A program made the translations under genes and the position numbers. The notes under the pieces were generated by a model. It was not told the DNA's origin and did no database searches. It worked only from the letters and a program-made list of their open reading frames with translations. Positions 37,683 through 49,117 of a stretch of DNA of 64,000 nt are shown here, in pieces. Position 1 is the first letter of the stretch. Each line of letters begins with the position of its first letter. Origin of the DNA: Candidatus Latescibacterota bacterium (GTDB lineage: Bacteria; Latescibacterota; UBA2968; GCA-2709665); contig OZ250150.1 in NCBI GenBank assembly GCA_965237675.1, positions 3,104,001 to 3,168,000 of the forward strand. The letters run 5' to 3'.

Positions 37683-38056
37683 GCTTCCGTCCAGGTGTCG
37701 TTATGTCGTACGGTTTGGTCGATATCACTCAACCCGAAAAAATAGATACGGGCCGAACCAAAGTCAAGGGTTATCGACCCCAAGAGACGGGGTTACAACC
37801 TGAGTCGGGCGCGCTATGACCGTTACGTGACGAGACCTCCGCGTTCATACTCGAAAAGCGATGAATTCCCGCTGAAAAGTCGTTTGACAACCGCGGTGAG
37901 TCACGAGTACGGACTCCGGCCGGTGGTACGGCGGTTCGATCTTCCGGAGTGCCAGGGATGAGGAATTCGGTGGGCGGACGATACTGGATTGGCAGGAGAC
38001 ACGGAGGCGGCCGGGGTGCCGGGAAACGACGCTCCTCTATGTGCCCATGTCGGGGC

Positions 38057-40477
38057 TTAGAACAGCAGTACCGAGACCGCTTTCTGGATCATGGCAATGG
38101 AGACGGAGGCCATGCCCACCAGGGACATGCCCACCGAAAACCCGACGTATAGCACCGCGGCATAGAGGCGCCACTGCTGTTTGCCGAAGCGTTTCCAGAA
38201 ATAGAACCGCGCCAGGAGTGCGCCGATGATTTCGGTGATGAGGAGGTGCGGAATGCTGGTCAGGCTCCGTATGTACCCGAAAATGAGCAGTATCGGCAGG
38301 CCGAAGACGGACAGAACCACGAACGAGACCAGGCCGGCGGCGAGTCCGATGAAGATAACCTCTTTCTTGAGGGCCTCGAACAGGATCGGCACGTCGTCCG
38401 AACTCTGAAGGAACGAACCATCGAAGGAGGGTACCTGATCCACTTCGAACTGGTACACCAGTTCCCGCCCCTGAGGGTCCCGGGCTTCGAGAACGACCAG
38501 GTTGGGGTTGGGGTTGTCCGCGTGGCTTTCGTCTGACGGACTTCGCAACACGGGCGCCGAAGGCAGCCCATATAGAAGGGCATCGGAAATGTCCGGTTCC
38601 GCGCGGTCCACCGGGAGCGGTGGCGTGAGCGGACGTTCGAAATCGTTGAAGTTCGTATAAAAGTACCCGACCCGGGACCATGGTCCGTAGGCGCGTTGTT
38701 CGTGATCTTCAATGTCGACGTTGGCCGAGGCGCGTGCGCGCCAGTACCACCAGCTGCCGTCGGGCAGATTGCTGGGCTGGAAGGACACCGTTCCGGAGGA
38801 CACATCCGTTTCCACTTCGCCCTGCATGGTGCCGGTGTACCAGACGCTGCTCTGCAGCGCCCGAAGCGGCCACATCAGCTGTACGTACGGGTAGGCGGCC
38901 GAGGGAATGGGCGCCAGCTTCCAGATGTAGGACCAGTACATGAAGCTGGTAATAAAAATGAGGGGAACCATGAAAATCTCGGCTTTCACGATCCCCGTAA
39001 ATTTCGTGCCCGTGAGTTCGATCTGCCGGAAACGCTCGGCTTCCGCCCCCCAGTTTGCCAGCGGGAAGGGCACAAACCAGATTTCGATGCCCTTGAACCC
39101 GCTCAGAAAGATGGTGGCTTCCTTGATATACGGGATATTGACGTTCTGTCCGACCAGGCCGTCGAGCCGGGCGTTGACAAAGGAGATCAGCGGGGTGTAG
39201 ACAAAAGCGAAGATGAAAAAGAAGGTGAGCAGAACTTTTCCAACCAGGGCGGGAAAGAGAATCTTGGCCAGGATGATGGTGTACATGCTGGCAAGACAGA
39301 AAAGCACGATGCAGATCCAGATACGGAAGTCGCCCCGTCCGGGCGGCGGGGTCCAGCTTCCCGTTTCTTTCTTTTCCAGACGGGCGGTGCGAACCCCGGT
39401 CCAGACCTGGTAGAACCCGATAATTGCGATGGCAACGGTGATGCCGATGCCGAAGCTCATCCAGAAGTCGATGCCGGTGACAAAGTGGGTCATGATGGTA
39501 TCCATGCCCATGAACCAGTGGGGCATGTAACCGTGCCGGTACAGAATGGGGCTGGCCACGGTGTGGATGACGACGCCGATGAACGCGCCCATAACGGCCC
39601 AGAAGGGGGCCAGGAGCCCGGCGAAGATGGGCGCCAGGTGGAGCGTGAATCCCAGCGGCGTGGCCTCCAGGAAATAACCCGTGTACTGGGTGAAATCCAC
39701 CCATGGAATGGGGATGAGTTGAAGCGGATTTTCCATAAACGCGCCGGTAATGGCGGGCACGGCCACGTAAATGGCCCCCCATACCACACCGATGACGGCG
39801 CCGATACTGAAGACGCGCCACTTCCATGTGTATTGCCCGCTGCTCTCTTCCGCAAGCGCCATGGCGGCCTGGGCGTTGATGGGGGCGAACGGAAAGGGCA
39901 GGCGTTCGTAGTCCGAGGTAATGCGGAAGAGCACGTAACTGGCGGTGAACCACTGGATGCGGACCATGATTGTCCCCAGGACGAGCAGGGAGATGGGCAG
40001 GAGCCAGTCCGCGTGGAGAAAGGTGCGGTCGATCAGGGCGGGGGAGTCGGGCGGGGGCGCCCACCAGCGGGGGATGAGGTGCGAGATGCCGAACTGTTTG
40101 GCGGCGGGTGACTGAACATAGTACTGGTGCCAGAGCAGGCCCTCGAATGCGCCGGTTTCGCGGGCAACCAGGGCGCTGGTGACATAAAAGAGAAGATAGA
40201 GTTCCTGCTTTTTCAGCACGGTGAACGAGCGCTTGGCCAGTTCCAGAAACAGGATGATGGTCACCCACTGGGCAGCGGCGCCCACGGTTTGACCCACCAT
40301 AAGTTCCAGGTAGATGTTCCCCGGAACCATAATAATGGAGACGAAGAGCGCGCCGAGAACGGTCTTGGAGTTGAAGCCCTCTTCGAATTCCTTGGGGACT
40401 TCAAGCAGATCCCGGTATTCTTCGATTTCCTCGTACGGATTGGTTTTGCGCCTGCGAAAGAGGTTCGATAACGCCAT
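38057..40477 (-). CDS. OPT/oligopeptide-transporter-like polytopic membrane protein with an inserted Fn3-like soluble domain
   Basis: Many TM helices; YERLPFP; PIPSAAYP; hydrophilic insert at ~38392-38822. Confidence 0.7.
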   Translation of the reverse strand: MALSNLFRRRKTNPYEEIEEYRDLLEVPKEFEEGFNSKTVLGALFVSIIMVPGNIYLELMVGQTVGAAAQWVTIILFLELAKRSFTVLKKQELYLLFYVTSALVARETGAFEGLLWHQYYVQSPAAKQFGISHLIPRWWAPPPDSPALIDRTFLHADWLLPISLLVLGTIMVRIQWFTASYVLFRITSDYERLPFPFAPINAQAAMALAEESSGQYTWKWRVFSIGAVIGVVWGAIYVAVPAITGAFMENPLQLIPIPWVDFTQYTGYFLEATPLGFTLHLAPIFAGLLAPFWAVMGAFIGVVIHTVASPILYRHGYMPHWFMGMDTIMTHFVTGIDFWMSFGIGITVAIAIIGFYQVWTGVRTARLEKKETGSWTPPPGRGDFRIWICIVLFCLASMYTIILAKILFPALVGKVLLTFFFIFAFVYTPLISFVNARLDGLVGQNVNIPYIKEATIFLSGFKGIEIWFVPFPLANWGAEAERFRQIELTGTKFTGIVKAEIFMVPLIFITSFMYWSYIWKLAPIPSAAYPYVQLMWPLRALQSSVWYTGTMQGEVETDVSSGTVSFQPSNLPDGSWWYWRARASANVDIEDHEQRAYGPWSRVGYFYTNFNDFERPLTPPLPVDRAEPDISDALLYGLPSAPVLRSPSDESHADNPNPNLVVLEARDPQGRELVYQFEVDQVPSFDGSFLQSSDDVPILFEALKKEVIFIGLAAGLVSFVVLSVFGLPILLIFGYIRSLTSIPHLLITEIIGALLARFYFWKRFGKQQWRLYAAVLYVGFSVGMSLVGMASVSIAMIQKAVSVLLF

Positions 40478-40604
40478 AGAACTCAATCGAGATTTGAGGG
40501 TTGACGGGCCGAAATTATACACACAATGGCCCGATTTGCAAAGAGAATTTCAGATTTGTGCATTCGGAAGACCCGAATACGCGCGATACACGGCGGGTCT
40601 TTTT

Positions 40605-43600
40605 TTATACGGGTTTCGCCGCTTGTTCGCCGGAGGCCAGTATCCGCATGCCTTTTTCGCGGTAAGCGGCTTTGTCGGCGGGACCGACGGTACGCCATAT
40701 GAGGAACTGTTTGCGCAGGGTGTTTATGAATCCCTGGTTGACCCGGCGCCACGACGCGACTTCACCGGAGAGGCGCCTGAGAGAGAGCGTCAGGGTGTAG
40801 ATGTTGAATTCGCCGGTGGGTTCCGCCTCGAAACGAAGCTCCTGGTTCACACCCAGATCGAAGGGCGCCAGCCAGAGGGTTGTTTGGATGGCGTACCCCT
40901 CCGGGTCGTCCGCGCTTCCGATCCGGTATAAGTGGGCCCCGTCCGTGTAAAATGCCCCTATGGCTTCGCCAGTGTGGGATCGGAAGTAGTCTGCGAGAAA
41001 GACGCAGAGCCCGAACACGTCATTGCCGCCAACCGTAAAGGGGAATTCGAACCGCCAGTCGTCGCCGTCCGGCTCGGGGATTTTCCACCGACGGGACACG
41101 TCCGGCACGGCCATCAGGGAAGCCTGGCGCGCCGGATAGACGGTGGACAGGATCACAACGGCCATAACCAGTACCGACGCGGCAACCGCGGACCGGGCGG
41201 AGTAGTTCAGCGTGACGCCGGAGAGCCAGTCCTGCCACAGCAGCAGTTTGGCAACGCCCTGACCCATCAGGTAGCCGCTCACCGTGCCGAGGACCGCGTA
41301 GACGCACGCTTCGGCAATAAAAAGAAAGGCAACGTGGACCGGAGCCAGGCCCACCGCCGAATAGACGCCGATTTCACGGAAACGTTCGTAAACCGATCCC
41401 ATCATGGTGTTCAGCACGATGAGGGAGGCGATGAGGATGGGGATAAAGAGGTTGCTCAACCCGCGGACCGAGGTGTCTCCGAGCGAACTGAAGACGGCAA
41501 CGTTGATACGCCCGTCCGCGTCCGGCAATCCCGCAAAGAGCACAACCGAGAGCCTGGAAAGGAGCTCCTTGACATAGAACTCCACGTCTGCCCCGGCATC
41601 AAAGCGCAGCGCAACCGATTGCAGCGGGCTGCCCACCTGGCGCAGGAACTTGTAGGGTACAATCAGGATATCGTCAGGGTTGATGTGTTCAAAGGGCATG
41701 ATTTCAACTTCCGGTTGTTCGAGGCCCTGTTTTTCCCGTGTCTCCTGGGTGGTCATCCGGGCGATGGATTCCTCGTCGGTGAGCTTGAAGTCCGCGGGAC
41801 TGAGGGGTTCCTCATCCAGGTCTTTGAGCCGATTGAACGCCTTGGCGTCGATCAGGCCGATAACCGGAAGCGATTCGCCGAAAATCCGGATGCGGGACGC
41901 CGCCAGGCGCCCCGGGTCGACACCGAGGAGGTCCGCCATCTTTTCGGGCAAGATGCAGGCGGTCTCGCCCGGACGGAACCAACGGCCGGTCTTCAGGGTG
42001 CGGTGGACGCCGGTAACGTCAGCCTCCTGGGGCGTCATTCCCAGGACGCCAAGAGCGTGGGTCGAGCGGGTTTCAGACTGGACGGGGATAATCTTCTTCT
42101 CCCGTGTGTAGTACCAACTCCGGGGGGCCGTTATGGCGGATTCCCCGAAATGGGTGACGGCGTAATCGTAAACGACGTCTTCGAGCGCGCCCCAGAATTT
42201 GCTGCGGATGAGCATACCCGGATAGGCGCCCTCGGTGTCTTTTGGAATCCGGTAATATTCAAGGGCCGATTTCATGGAGGTGAACGAGAGAACGGTGAAG
42301 GTGAGCAGCAGCAGTGTGGTAAACGTAAGCACGGTGCGCAGTTTGCGCCGTTTCATGTTCGCGATGCCAAGCTGGAAGGCCGCCATGGACGCGGATACTC
42401 GGCCGACGTCGGTTTCGTGCAGAAGCACTTCCGGGACCCGTAACCGCCGCATGTTTTCGTTGAAGCGCTTGAAGACCAGCGCAATGACGAATGCCGCCAG
42501 CGCCAGAATAACGAAGGCGAGCAGGACGACCATCGGATTGGAGATCTCGAATGCCGGATGAACTCTTGAAAGAAAGAGCCAGATGACCAAAAAGATGCCC
42601 GTAAATCCGACGATCTGTCTTCGGATATCCACGGCGGCGAAAATAAGGCGTTCGGCGAAAAATGCGCATGGGATAACCAGGGCCATGAAGAAAACGATAC
42701 CGCGGACCACACCGTTCTGTGTGTCTTTGACATCCGGATAGGCGCGGGATTCGATGCCGAGCGCCGCCCGCGTGTGTTTCATAAAGTCATCCCAGCGTTT
42801 TGCGGACATCGCGTCCTCAGCCAATTTGAGGTGTTGGCCGGCCTGGCTGTGGAGCAGGTCCAGGCGCTGGTTTTCAATGGCGTATTTCTTCATCTCCCGT
42901 ATACGGGCTTCGTTCAGGATCCACATGTCCCGCGCGGCCCGAAAGGACGTCCGTACAAACGAACCGTGGGTGAAGGTGGGGTACCCGCGGCCACGGGCAA
43001 TTTCCTCACTTTCCGCGCTGTGAGCGTTCAGCAACAGGTACCGGATGCCAATGTCGCCTGAGCCTGCGGTGATGTCGCCCGCGCGCATGGCGATTTTGAC
43101 CCTCTCGCCGGGTTGCGTGAACAGGGTGCCTACGGGTTCTGTCGGACCGAATCCGATGGCGTAACCGTATTCCTGCGGCGTGACGTTGCCGCTTCCGTAA
43201 ACGCTGATCTGCGAGAGTTTGGTGAGGTAACGTGGATCGACGGTATCGTAAAAGTCTGTGGCGACGCAGGGGAATAAAATGAGATTTCGCTTGGAGATCC
43301 ACCAGTCCATATCGAAGTTACCCCGGTAGATACGCGCCTGCTGTCCAAAGTTGGGGGCGTAAGTGATTTCGCCGGTGTCCGGATCCAGGTAGTACGCGCT
43401 GACGGAGACACGGCGTTCGGCGATCCCGGGCATGTAGAATTCGCCGTTTTCGTCCGCCAGGTCGTAATAGATGCGGCGAACGCCCTTGATGGACTTGTCG
43501 ATGCCCATACGCAGCGCGGCGATCGCGCCCTTTTTGGGACGGTCGGGTACGATGCTGCGCCTCGGATAGGTTCGCACGAATCCCTTAAGCCCGCGCATAC

Positions 43601-45140
43601 GGTCGTCCGGGTTGAGTCGGTAGTCCGGGATGAGCGTGGGGTCGTTCAGGGCAATGTCGAGAACGCCGGTGATCAGTCGAATCTGCCTGGTGAGGTTCTC
43701 AAAGTTGACCCGATCCGGCTGGTCCAGCGGCGTATCGACGCGAAAACGGGCGTCGTTCAAGGTGACCAGAGACAGGGAGAGGGTGCCGGCTTCGAGAACC
43801 ACTTCGCCGTCGGTTTTCAGGTTTTTGCCGGGCATGTACATGTCCCAGGTCATTCCGCCCGTGGGATTGATGCCGTCAAGCAGCGCCTGCCTGGGGTCGA
43901 GCCCGAAGCCGGGCGCGATGGCTTTGGAGATCCTGACGAATTTCTTGCCGAACGGCGTGAAGAACCGGTTGTAATAAAAGTTGCGCGTGCTGTTCCAGAC
44001 GCCGATCTGGGAGGTCTGGCTGGAGAGGTCCAGTCCAATGAAGAGCCGAATGTCGATGGGATCTGTCATCAGGGCCGCAAAGTGTCGTTCCTTCCTGGCG
44101 TGACGGCCCAGAAAATCGCAGATTCCGCGAAAGCCCAGGTGGTGGGCGGAAGTGGCCAGAAAGAGCACCGTACGCCCCGTCGGATATCGATGAAAGTAGT
44201 TGACCAATTCAAGCAGTGCGACGGCGCCGCTGGCCATCTCAGCGCCCGGGGCGAGGGCGGGCACAACGGACATGGCGTCGTAGTACGCGTTGATCACGAC
44301 GATCTGGTCCCGGAGATCCGGATCCGTGCCCGGCAGAAAGCCCAGAATATTGTGGGCGGTGTGGTTCTCCCAATCCATTTTCGCGTTCAGTTCGATTTCC
44401 AGTTCGCCGTACCGTGCCAGCAACCGTTTGAGGGCCTGCCCCGACTGTTTGTCGATCCAGAAGCGTTCCACGCTGTTTGGCACCTGCAGGAATTTCTGTT
44501 CGGCTTCGGTGTAAAACGTGGAGTCCGGTTCAATGAAGATAATTTGTCCCGCCCCGAGGGTGGCCGCGTTGAGCCAGTTGTTCCGGGTGTTGAATTCCAT
44601 CAGGACGGCCGCCGCCTCAAGTGTGTGACCGTTGAAGTCGGAAAATTCGCCGTTCGCCCCGTAGATCAGGCGCGTGCGAACCCCTCCCCGCGGCAGGGTG
44701 GAGGTCTTGACCAGGTTCGGCCAGATGGCGTGAATGGCAAACGTGGTATTGTCGCGCAACAGGGTCAGACTACCGCCCTTGTCGATGGGGGCGGTGACGT
44801 CGAAGGGCTCGGCGCGGACGTCCTGGAGGCCGGCGCGCTCGAAAGTTTGGCGGATATAGTCTGCGGCGGCGTTGTGGCCGGGATATCCCGGAATTCGGGA
44901 ACCATGTTCCGTAAAGCGGGCCATGTGGGCCCGCACGCCTTCATGCGAGACCGTATCCAGGACGCGGACCGATGTCTCGCCGGCTCCCGGGACCGGCAAG
45001 GACGGCGAGGGTTGGGGCGTCTGCAGGCCCAACAGGGAGGAAAGAAGCGGGTTGACGCGTTCCGGGCCCACCGCCAGGCCGATAAAGGCGGCGGCGGTGA
45101 GCAAGAGCGCCACGGCGGATGCGATACGGCGGTTTTTCAT
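40605..45140 (-). CDS. Large membrane protein: PA/M28-peptidase-like domain + MacB/FtsX-like ABC permease
   Basis: SRIPGYPGH, HNILG, NAYYD, PGAE; NMKRRKLRTVLT; NTMMGSVYERFREIGVYSAVG; YPARQAS. Confidence 0.85.
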   Translation of the reverse strand: MKNRRIASAVALLLTAAAFIGLAVGPERVNPLLSSLLGLQTPQPSPSLPVPGAGETSVRVLDTVSHEGVRAHMARFTEHGSRIPGYPGHNAAADYIRQTFERAGLQDVRAEPFDVTAPIDKGGSLTLLRDNTTFAIHAIWPNLVKTSTLPRGGVRTRLIYGANGEFSDFNGHTLEAAAVLMEFNTRNNWLNAATLGAGQIIFIEPDSTFYTEAEQKFLQVPNSVERFWIDKQSGQALKRLLARYGELEIELNAKMDWENHTAHNILGFLPGTDPDLRDQIVVINAYYDAMSVVPALAPGAEMASGAVALLELVNYFHRYPTGRTVLFLATSAHHLGFRGICDFLGRHARKERHFAALMTDPIDIRLFIGLDLSSQTSQIGVWNSTRNFYYNRFFTPFGKKFVRISKAIAPGFGLDPRQALLDGINPTGGMTWDMYMPGKNLKTDGEVVLEAGTLSLSLVTLNDARFRVDTPLDQPDRVNFENLTRQIRLITGVLDIALNDPTLIPDYRLNPDDRMRGLKGFVRTYPRRSIVPDRPKKGAIAALRMGIDKSIKGVRRIYYDLADENGEFYMPGIAERRVSVSAYYLDPDTGEITYAPNFGQQARIYRGNFDMDWWISKRNLILFPCVATDFYDTVDPRYLTKLSQISVYGSGNVTPQEYGYAIGFGPTEPVGTLFTQPGERVKIAMRAGDITAGSGDIGIRYLLLNAHSAESEEIARGRGYPTFTHGSFVRTSFRAARDMWILNEARIREMKKYAIENQRLDLLHSQAGQHLKLAEDAMSAKRWDDFMKHTRAALGIESRAYPDVKDTQNGVVRGIVFFMALVIPCAFFAERLIFAAVDIRRQIVGFTGIFLVIWLFLSRVHPAFEISNPMVVLLAFVILALAAFVIALVFKRFNENMRRLRVPEVLLHETDVGRVSASMAAFQLGIANMKRRKLRTVLTFTTLLLLTFTVLSFTSMKSALEYYRIPKDTEGAYPGMLIRSKFWGALEDVVYDYAVTHFGESAITAPRSWYYTREKKIIPVQSETRSTHALGVLGMTPQEADVTGVHRTLKTGRWFRPGETACILPEKMADLLGVDPGRLAASRIRIFGESLPVIGLIDAKAFNRLKDLDEEPLSPADFKLTDEESIARMTTQETREKQGLEQPEVEIMPFEHINPDDILIVPYKFLRQVGSPLQSVALRFDAGADVEFYVKELLSRLSVVLFAGLPDADGRINVAVFSSLGDTSVRGLSNLFIPILIASLIVLNTMMGSVYERFREIGVYSAVGLAPVHVAFLFIAEACVYAVLGTVSGYLMGQGVAKLLLWQDWLSGVTLNYSARSAVAASVLVMAVVILSTVYPARQASLMAVPDVSRRWKIPEPDGDDWRFEFPFTVGGNDVFGLCVFLADYFRSHTGEAIGAFYTDGAHLYRIGSADDPEGYAIQTTLWLAPFDLGVNQELRFEAEPTGEFNIYTLTLSLRRLSGEVASWRRVNQGFINTLRKQFLIWRTVGPADKAAYREKGMRILASGEQAAKPV

Positions 45141-45245
45141 TGGAAAATACGCAAAAGCTCCTGTAGAACTGCGATTGATGGGCTGTGCTGCCACATAGAT
45201 ACACGCTGCGGGCGCCGTTCGGCGAAGACCTCGCGTGCGTGCAGA

Positions 45246-47252
45246 TCAATATCGATGAACGCTGTGGCCGCGCTCCGGGAACCACAGGATGTCAATGAAA
45301 GCGGAGAGGGCAACGCCCAACACATAGCCGGTGAGCAGGCCGATGAAGAGGGGGCGGGACTTTCTGAAAAACGAAGGCCCCCCCACCTTGAGCATCACCA
45401 ATTTGACGAGCCAGGCAAGAAGGATGGTCAAGCCGGTCCGGCGGGCGAGGTACGATCCGGAGATTGCCATACCGATCGGATGCAGCGGCCACCAGACGAA
45501 TCGATGCCGCAGGTAAATGAGCAGGAGCGTGACCAGGCCGCCCAGGCCGAAAAACACCACCTGTTCAGGGTGTTCGCGGTAAACGGGCGGATCCGGCTTT
45601 TTTTCGAGGAAGTTCTTGATGGAAGTCGCGGTGCCTTCGAAATGTTTGGGTCCCGCACGTACGATCTCCCATGAGTTGAAGTTGTACGCACCGTCTCGGT
45701 ATCCCAGATGGATCGTGAGCAGTACGCTGACGCCATAGCTGGTCAAAAAGGCCATCCCGACGGCCAGCATGAGCTTTCTGCGGTCGCCCCGAACGCCCTC
45801 AGCCACGCGCCCCGCGTGGGCAAGCGCCGGCAGGAAGAGACCCTTGAAATGGGACGTAATCCTGGACGCGAACCGGAGGGCGACCCGCGTACTTGCGTTG
45901 ACCGCGGGTCCCTCGAGAAAGGGCGCCACGAGGCCCCAGGGGCCGGCGGGGACGTTCGTGTACGGCATGCCGGTTTCGGCGAGAATTTTAGCCATGCCGA
46001 CGTAGGTGAAGATCACAGCCGGGAGGAGGAGGGATGCCAGCAGCGGATCAAAGCCGATGCGCGTGAGCCAGAGCCACATGTATCCCAGGCCCACGAGCAG
46101 GGCGATAACAGCCGTCCGATAGGAGAGCGGTTCGTCCCGGTCGTCCAGGGGATCGTTCTTGCGCCATGCTTTGCGGACCACATCCCTAATGTGACGTCTG
46201 GCAACCCAGAAAACCGAGGCGGCCAGCACAACAAATGCGCCCTTGGTCTGCCAGTAATAGACGCCTCGGTAATAGTAGGGGGAAATGGCCGTAAACCCTC
46301 GCCGGTGCAGCCAGCCGCCTTCGAAGATAAACAGCAGGTCAAAAAACCAGATGCTGAAGAGTATGTCCAGGCTGGCGAAGTAAGAAAAAAAGATGGTGAA
46401 GAGTCCCAGGAAACGAAACACTGGCGGATGCTGCCGGTCGATCCAGTACCAACTCCCGCGGTAGATGGGAAACCGCGGAAAGCCGGGCAGGAAGTAGTTG
46501 ATGCAGTTCCACGCGATCATCCCGAAGGCCAGTCCGAACCCGATCCAGAACAGGTAATTCCTGGTGAAGTCCGGCAGCACGAATTTACCTCTGCCCGGAT
46601 TCTCCACCATGTTGACCAGGGGCGCCATGGCGGGAAAAGCCAGCCGCTCGTTTTGTACCCATTGTTTGCGAAAAACGACGGCGACACACGCCAGAACCAC
46701 GAATGCGGCAACGATGAACGTGGTCCACCACAGCAGCGGAAGGACCCACGCGGCCCAGGGGATCTGCGCGCCCCTGGGGATGCCCTCGAAAAACCAGGTC
46801 ACCGCTTTGTTTTCGTCCGAAGGGACGAGCCACGGATTGATATAAGGATGCAGGTACGTGGCCCATTCGTTGACTTCGGTGGCGAAATAATATGGTGCCG
46901 CGATGTAACCGATCAGGTATCCGCTGATGCCGAAGCCGGGTATGGCGGCGCCCACAACGCCCATGGCCAGGATGGTATGCCATTCCGATTGTGAGAGCTG
47001 CCATCGGGTAAAACGTGCGATCAACGCGCCGATGACGATCATCAGTACAAACACAATGAGCATGGCCATCGGTACATGGCTGTAGGTCATTAACGAGCCG
47101 CCCACGACGTACCGGATGTGGATCGCCAGGGCGTCCAGGCCGACGACCAGCACCAGGCCCGAAATGACGGATCGGACCGTGACGCCGGGGGACCTTTCGG
47201 AGGGGACTTCGTCCGGTTTGCCGGATTGTACGATTCTCTGTGGGTTGGCCAT
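45246..47252 (-). CDS. Conserved polytopic membrane protein (DUF6785/DUF6784-like, distant OPT relative)
   Basis: RKQWVQNERLAFP; WWPLHPIG; SRPLFIGLLTG. Confidence 0.7.
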   Translation of the reverse strand: MANPQRIVQSGKPDEVPSERSPGVTVRSVISGLVLVVGLDALAIHIRYVVGGSLMTYSHVPMAMLIVFVLMIVIGALIARFTRWQLSQSEWHTILAMGVVGAAIPGFGISGYLIGYIAAPYYFATEVNEWATYLHPYINPWLVPSDENKAVTWFFEGIPRGAQIPWAAWVLPLLWWTTFIVAAFVVLACVAVVFRKQWVQNERLAFPAMAPLVNMVENPGRGKFVLPDFTRNYLFWIGFGLAFGMIAWNCINYFLPGFPRFPIYRGSWYWIDRQHPPVFRFLGLFTIFFSYFASLDILFSIWFFDLLFIFEGGWLHRRGFTAISPYYYRGVYYWQTKGAFVVLAASVFWVARRHIRDVVRKAWRKNDPLDDRDEPLSYRTAVIALLVGLGYMWLWLTRIGFDPLLASLLLPAVIFTYVGMAKILAETGMPYTNVPAGPWGLVAPFLEGPAVNASTRVALRFASRITSHFKGLFLPALAHAGRVAEGVRGDRRKLMLAVGMAFLTSYGVSVLLTIHLGYRDGAYNFNSWEIVRAGPKHFEGTATSIKNFLEKKPDPPVYREHPEQVVFFGLGGLVTLLLIYLRHRFVWWPLHPIGMAISGSYLARRTGLTILLAWLVKLVMLKVGGPSFFRKSRPLFIGLLTGYVLGVALSAFIDILWFPERGHSVHRY

Positions 47253-47428
47253 CGTTGGGAGTTGGGTGTTGACAGATTGGGCGTTTTTTCCGGTATGAGG
47301 CGTTCAGGCCGGGTGTTCCGCCTGGTTTCTGCGCGAGAATACTGTCACGGTTGAGGCGTTAACGTGTGTTTGCTCTGTCTCCCGGGATTGTCAAGACGGC
47401 CGGACCGTAGAAAACGGTTGCAAGTGTC

Positions 47429-47457
47429 TTGACATCCGTGGGAGGTTTTGTTAGATT
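47429..47457 (+). promoter_or_regulatory. Sigma70 promoter of tRNA-Phe
   Basis: TTGACA-17 bp-TAGATT with extended TG. Confidence 0.7.
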
Positions 47458-47504
47458 TCCGCGTTTGTCGCACAACGGGAACGTTGCGTTTTCCCGGCGA
47501 ATGG

Positions 47505-47580
<76 letters not shown>

Positions 47581-47712
47581 ATCTTTCGTGCAGGAATATC
47601 CGGACAACCTTCCATCTGCCCTTGCAACAAGGGGCTGATGGGAGCCGCTAACGATGCCGCGGGTCGCCAGTTTTATCCGGGGGACGAAGCAATTTCCCGG
47701 GCTCGGAGGTCA

Positions 47713-47895
47713 ATGATGGCTGTTCCCGAACACATCGTGAGTCGCGACCGCCTGATTGAATGCGTTCAAGACGGCCGGACACCCGAACAAATTGCGGCGA
47801 TGTTCCGCGTCGACGCCGCCATCATTCGAGATATGATCCGTCGACTCGAGCAGAACGGATATTACGACTTGCTATATGGAAAAGAAGGGCGTTAG
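47713..47895 (+). CDS. Small HTH-like hypothetical protein (60 aa)
   Basis: GGAGG RBS; GRTPEQIAAMFRVDAAIIRDMIRRL helix-turn-helix pattern. Confidence 0.6.
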   Translation: MMAVPEHIVSRDRLIECVQDGRTPEQIAAMFRVDAAIIRDMIRRLEQNGYYDLLYGKEGR

Positions 47896-47970
47896 AGGCC
47901 GGCCGTCAACCGGTTTTCGGGATGACTCCCGAACAGAGGCAGGACTGGCTTCCAGGACCCGGTGAACAAG

Positions 47971-48006
47971 AAAAGGCGTTCGTCGTTCTGACGGACGCCT
48001 TTTTTC
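47971..48006. terminator. Bidirectional intrinsic terminator
   Basis: AAAAGGCGTTCGTC-GTTCT-GACGGACGCCTTTTTT. Confidence 0.75.
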
Positions 48007-48022
48007 TTTGTGGTGTTGCGTA

Positions 48023-48811
48023 TCAGTTGCTCAGTTCTTCGATATCCAGGCCTTCGATTCTTCCTTCCTGAATGTCGATTTCGTCGCGCCTCCGCACCAG
48101 ATCCACCTGTCCGTCGCGCAGGTCCACAACGCGGTCGGATGCGTCCAGCATCTTGTGGTCGTGCGTGTTTGTGACGATGGTGACGCCACTCTCCGACTGG
48201 AGTCTTTGCAGCAACTCGATGATTTCCTGACCGGTCTTGAGGTCCAGGTTGCCCGTGGGTTCATCTGCCAGAACCAGGTCCGGGTCGTTGGCGATCGCGC
48301 GGGCGATTGCCACGCGCTGCTGCTGGCCACCCGAGAGTTCATACGGGTTGTGGTGAAGGCGTTCACCCAGACCCACGAGTGAGAGTTTGTGGGCGGCCTT
48401 TTTCTCGTATTCCAATTTCTTCATTCCCGAAAACACCATGGGCAACGCGACGTTTTCGAGGGCGGTCATTACGGGGATCAGGTTGAAGCTCTGGAAAATG
48501 TATCCGATATTGTGGCAGCGCAGGTACGCAATTTGCGCCTGGCTCAAGGTATCCATTTCTATAGCGTTGACCGCTACCGTGCCCTTGGTGGGGCGGTCCA
48601 GGGCGCCAACCATATTGAACAGCGTCGTCTTACCGGAGCCTGAGGGGCCCATGATGGAGAGGTACTCTCCCCGGATGACATTCAGAGAGACGCCCCGAAG
48701 TGCATGGACCTCCTGGTCTCCCATTATATAGGTCTTCCAGACGTCGTGCACCTCAATGATGTAGTCTTCACTTACGGGATCTGTGGATTGGGCACCGGGC
48801 GCAGAGGCCAT
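48023..48811 (-). CDS. ABC transporter ATP-binding protein (LolD/MacB/FtsE-like)
   Basis: [41 protein letters not shown]. Confidence 0.95.
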   Translation of the reverse strand: MASAPGAQSTDPVSEDYIIEVHDVWKTYIMGDQEVHALRGVSLNVIRGEYLSIMGPSGSGKTTLFNMVGALDRPTKGTVAVNAIEMDTLSQAQIAYLRCHNIGYIFQSFNLIPVMTALENVALPMVFSGMKKLEYEKKAAHKLSLVGLGERLHHNPYELSGGQQQRVAIARAIANDPDLVLADEPTGNLDLKTGQEIIELLQRLQSESGVTIVTNTHDHKMLDASDRVVDLRDGQVDLVRRRDEIDIQEGRIEGLDIEELSN

Positions 48812-49117
48812 AATGGCTTCTCCTGAACGTTTTCCTTGGATTTTTGAGATAGCCCGATTATGTTAGAGAAAATCGGGGCTTCTGTCAAGGGTTTTGTCAC
48901 AACCGGAATGATGTCGTATTCGTCCCCGCCGCGAAATCATGTCTGTGATCTTCCAGGCCGGGTCGGTTCCGTGGCCGGAAATCCTCCTGGCAGGCGCCGC
49001 GTCCGATTCGCGCCGAGTGTCGTCCCGGTGCGAGGCCATGATGGTCCGATTGCAGCGTCCAACCACGGCGGCCGATGATCGGCTGGAATTCCGGCTGGAC
49101 GCCAGGAGGTGTCGGCT

